Virus record (IMG/VR): IMGVR_UViG_3300045242_000161
Coordinates: 1 to 55,616 of that record
Reading direction: 5' to 3' (one strand)
Origin: a virus
Taxonomy: Duplodnaviria > Caudoviricetes
Length of the DNA: 55,616 nucleotides
The translations under genes were made by a program, and so were the position numbers. Positions 54,754 to 55,616 of this stretch are shown piece after piece. Positions within the stretch are counted from its first letter, which is position 1. The number at the start of each line of letters is the position of its first letter. The notes beneath the pieces are model-generated. The model ran no database searches, was not told where the DNA came from, and saw only the letters and a program-made list of their open reading frames with translations.

Positions 54754-55377
54754 ATGGCGTATGATTCTTTGATTATCGCACTACAACAGATGCTGGAGTC
54801 TCACCTGTCGGAGGTGAATACCCAGATACCCGGGACGATTGTGTCCTATGATCCGAAACGAAATCGCGCTGTTGTTCGCCCTGCTCTGCCTCGCCGCCTT
54901 GCCTCTGATGAGCCCCTGGCTCCACCTGACATTGTTGAGGTGCCAATCGTATGGTCTTCTGGTATGGGTGGGACGACTTCTTTCACTATGCCCGTGAAAG
55001 CGGGTGATGGAGTAATGCTTGCTTTTCAGCAACGGTCATTGGAGGGGTGGCTCTCAGGTAAGACTGATATGCCGGATGATCCTCGGCAATTTGATCTCTC
55101 GGATTGCGTGGCACTTCCTGGTTGTTCTCATAGTGGGATCTCTGCTGATCCTACTGATGTTGTGCTCAAATTCAATGATACCGAACTACGGATCACGCCC
55201 GAAGGTACAGTTTCTCTGGGGAATGCCAATGGTGCCGTTACCATTGACAAGGATGGGAACATGATTCTCAAGGCGAAGTCAATCCATGTAGAGACTCCTG
55301 CTCACCAGTTTACGTTGGAGACCCACCAGCATATAGGTGTTAGGTCAGGTCCAGACGTGTCAGGAACACCAATATGA
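54754..55377 (+). CDS. Baseplate central spike (gp138/gpV-like)
   Basis: PGTIVSYD OB-fold, RQFDLSD, C-terminal HQH metal motif. Confidence 0.88.
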   Translation: MAYDSLIIALQQMLESHLSEVNTQIPGTIVSYDPKRNRAVVRPALPRRLASDEPLAPPDIVEVPIVWSSGMGGTTSFTMPVKAGDGVMLAFQQRSLEGWLSGKTDMPDDPRQFDLSDCVALPGCSHSGISADPTDVVLKFNDTELRITPEGTVSLGNANGAVTIDKDGNMILKAKSIHVETPAHQFTLETHQHIGVRSGPDVSGTPI

Positions 55378-55544
55378 GCCTCCTTCTACTGGTCATCCTC
55401 ATCTTAATTCTCTTTGGAGGATTCGGTGGTGGATACTATGGCTACCGTGGTGGATATTACGGCCAGTCTGGCTTTGGTGTTATTGGCATTATTCTTGTTA
55501 TATTGGTATTGGTGATTTTATTTGGTCCTGGGAGAATTTGGTGA
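55374..55544 (+). CDS. 56-aa two-TM membrane protein (DUF3309-like; not in ORF track)
   Basis: MSLLLLVILILILFGGFGGGYYGYRGGYYGQSGFGVIGIILVILVLVILFGPGRIW; coupled at both ends. Confidence 0.65.
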   Translation: MSLLLLVILILILFGGFGGGYYGYRGGYYGQSGFGVIGIILVILVLVILFGPGRIW

Positions 55545-55616
55545 GCGGATCACAGGGCAGTTACGACTTGGCTTTGAGTCGGTTGAACCATGATATGTTG
55601 TTCCCTCTGGTGGAGG
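55541..55616 (+). CDS. 5' part of the baseplate wedge gene continuing at position 1
   Basis: RBS GGAG, GTG start, MSGSQGSYDLALSRLNHDMLFPLVE; in frame with 1..342 if the terminal 7 nt are merged. Confidence 0.75.
   Translation, partial: MSGSQGSYDLALSRLNHDMLFPLVE

Noticed and set aside
1-55616. Integrase/repressor module, tRNA genes, stop-codon recoding
   Set aside because: No such motifs recognised by eye; core genes read intact under the standard code and use all three stops. Absence is not proven without searches

Overview
Apparently complete, circularly permuted ~55.6 kb tailed-phage genome with a contractile tail (myovirus morphotype). The last 7 nt (GTGGAGG) repeat the first 7 and join a baseplate gene in frame across the ends. 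The + strand carries terminase, portal, head, neck, tail and baseplate genes (38.6 kb to the end, continuing at 1-13 kb) and a large cluster of fibre or appendage genes. The - strand (14.3-35.7 kb) carries replication and accessory genes: SNF2-type helicase, family A polymerase, beta-clamp-like protein, SSB-like protein, DUF932 and a ParB-like protein. It also carries a complete 7-deazaguanine DNA-modification pathway (folE, queD, queE, queC, queF, dpdA; predicted dPreQ1 or a derivative), an amidoligase-wHTH plus gamma-glutamyl cyclotransferase pair, and a YkgJ/FliB-type Cys-cluster protein. A divergent primase-helicase is followed by an iteron-like repeat region. A GcrA-like domain and CTTG-N17 type promoters suggest an alphaproteobacterial host. 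I recognised no integrase, repressor, endolysin, tRNA or CRISPR array. The most interesting signals are: (1) a possible write/erase acylation system acting on preQ1-modified DNA; (2) a modular appendage system made of a shared N-terminal module, Trp-Asp heptad repeats on neck proteins, a mini-protein mimicking the sheath arm, and a signal-peptide-bearing fibre with five Cys pairs; (3) an ORF-less promoter-to-terminator sRNA unit, and face-to-face promoters at the primase leader. All family assignments come from motif recognition by eye, not database searches.
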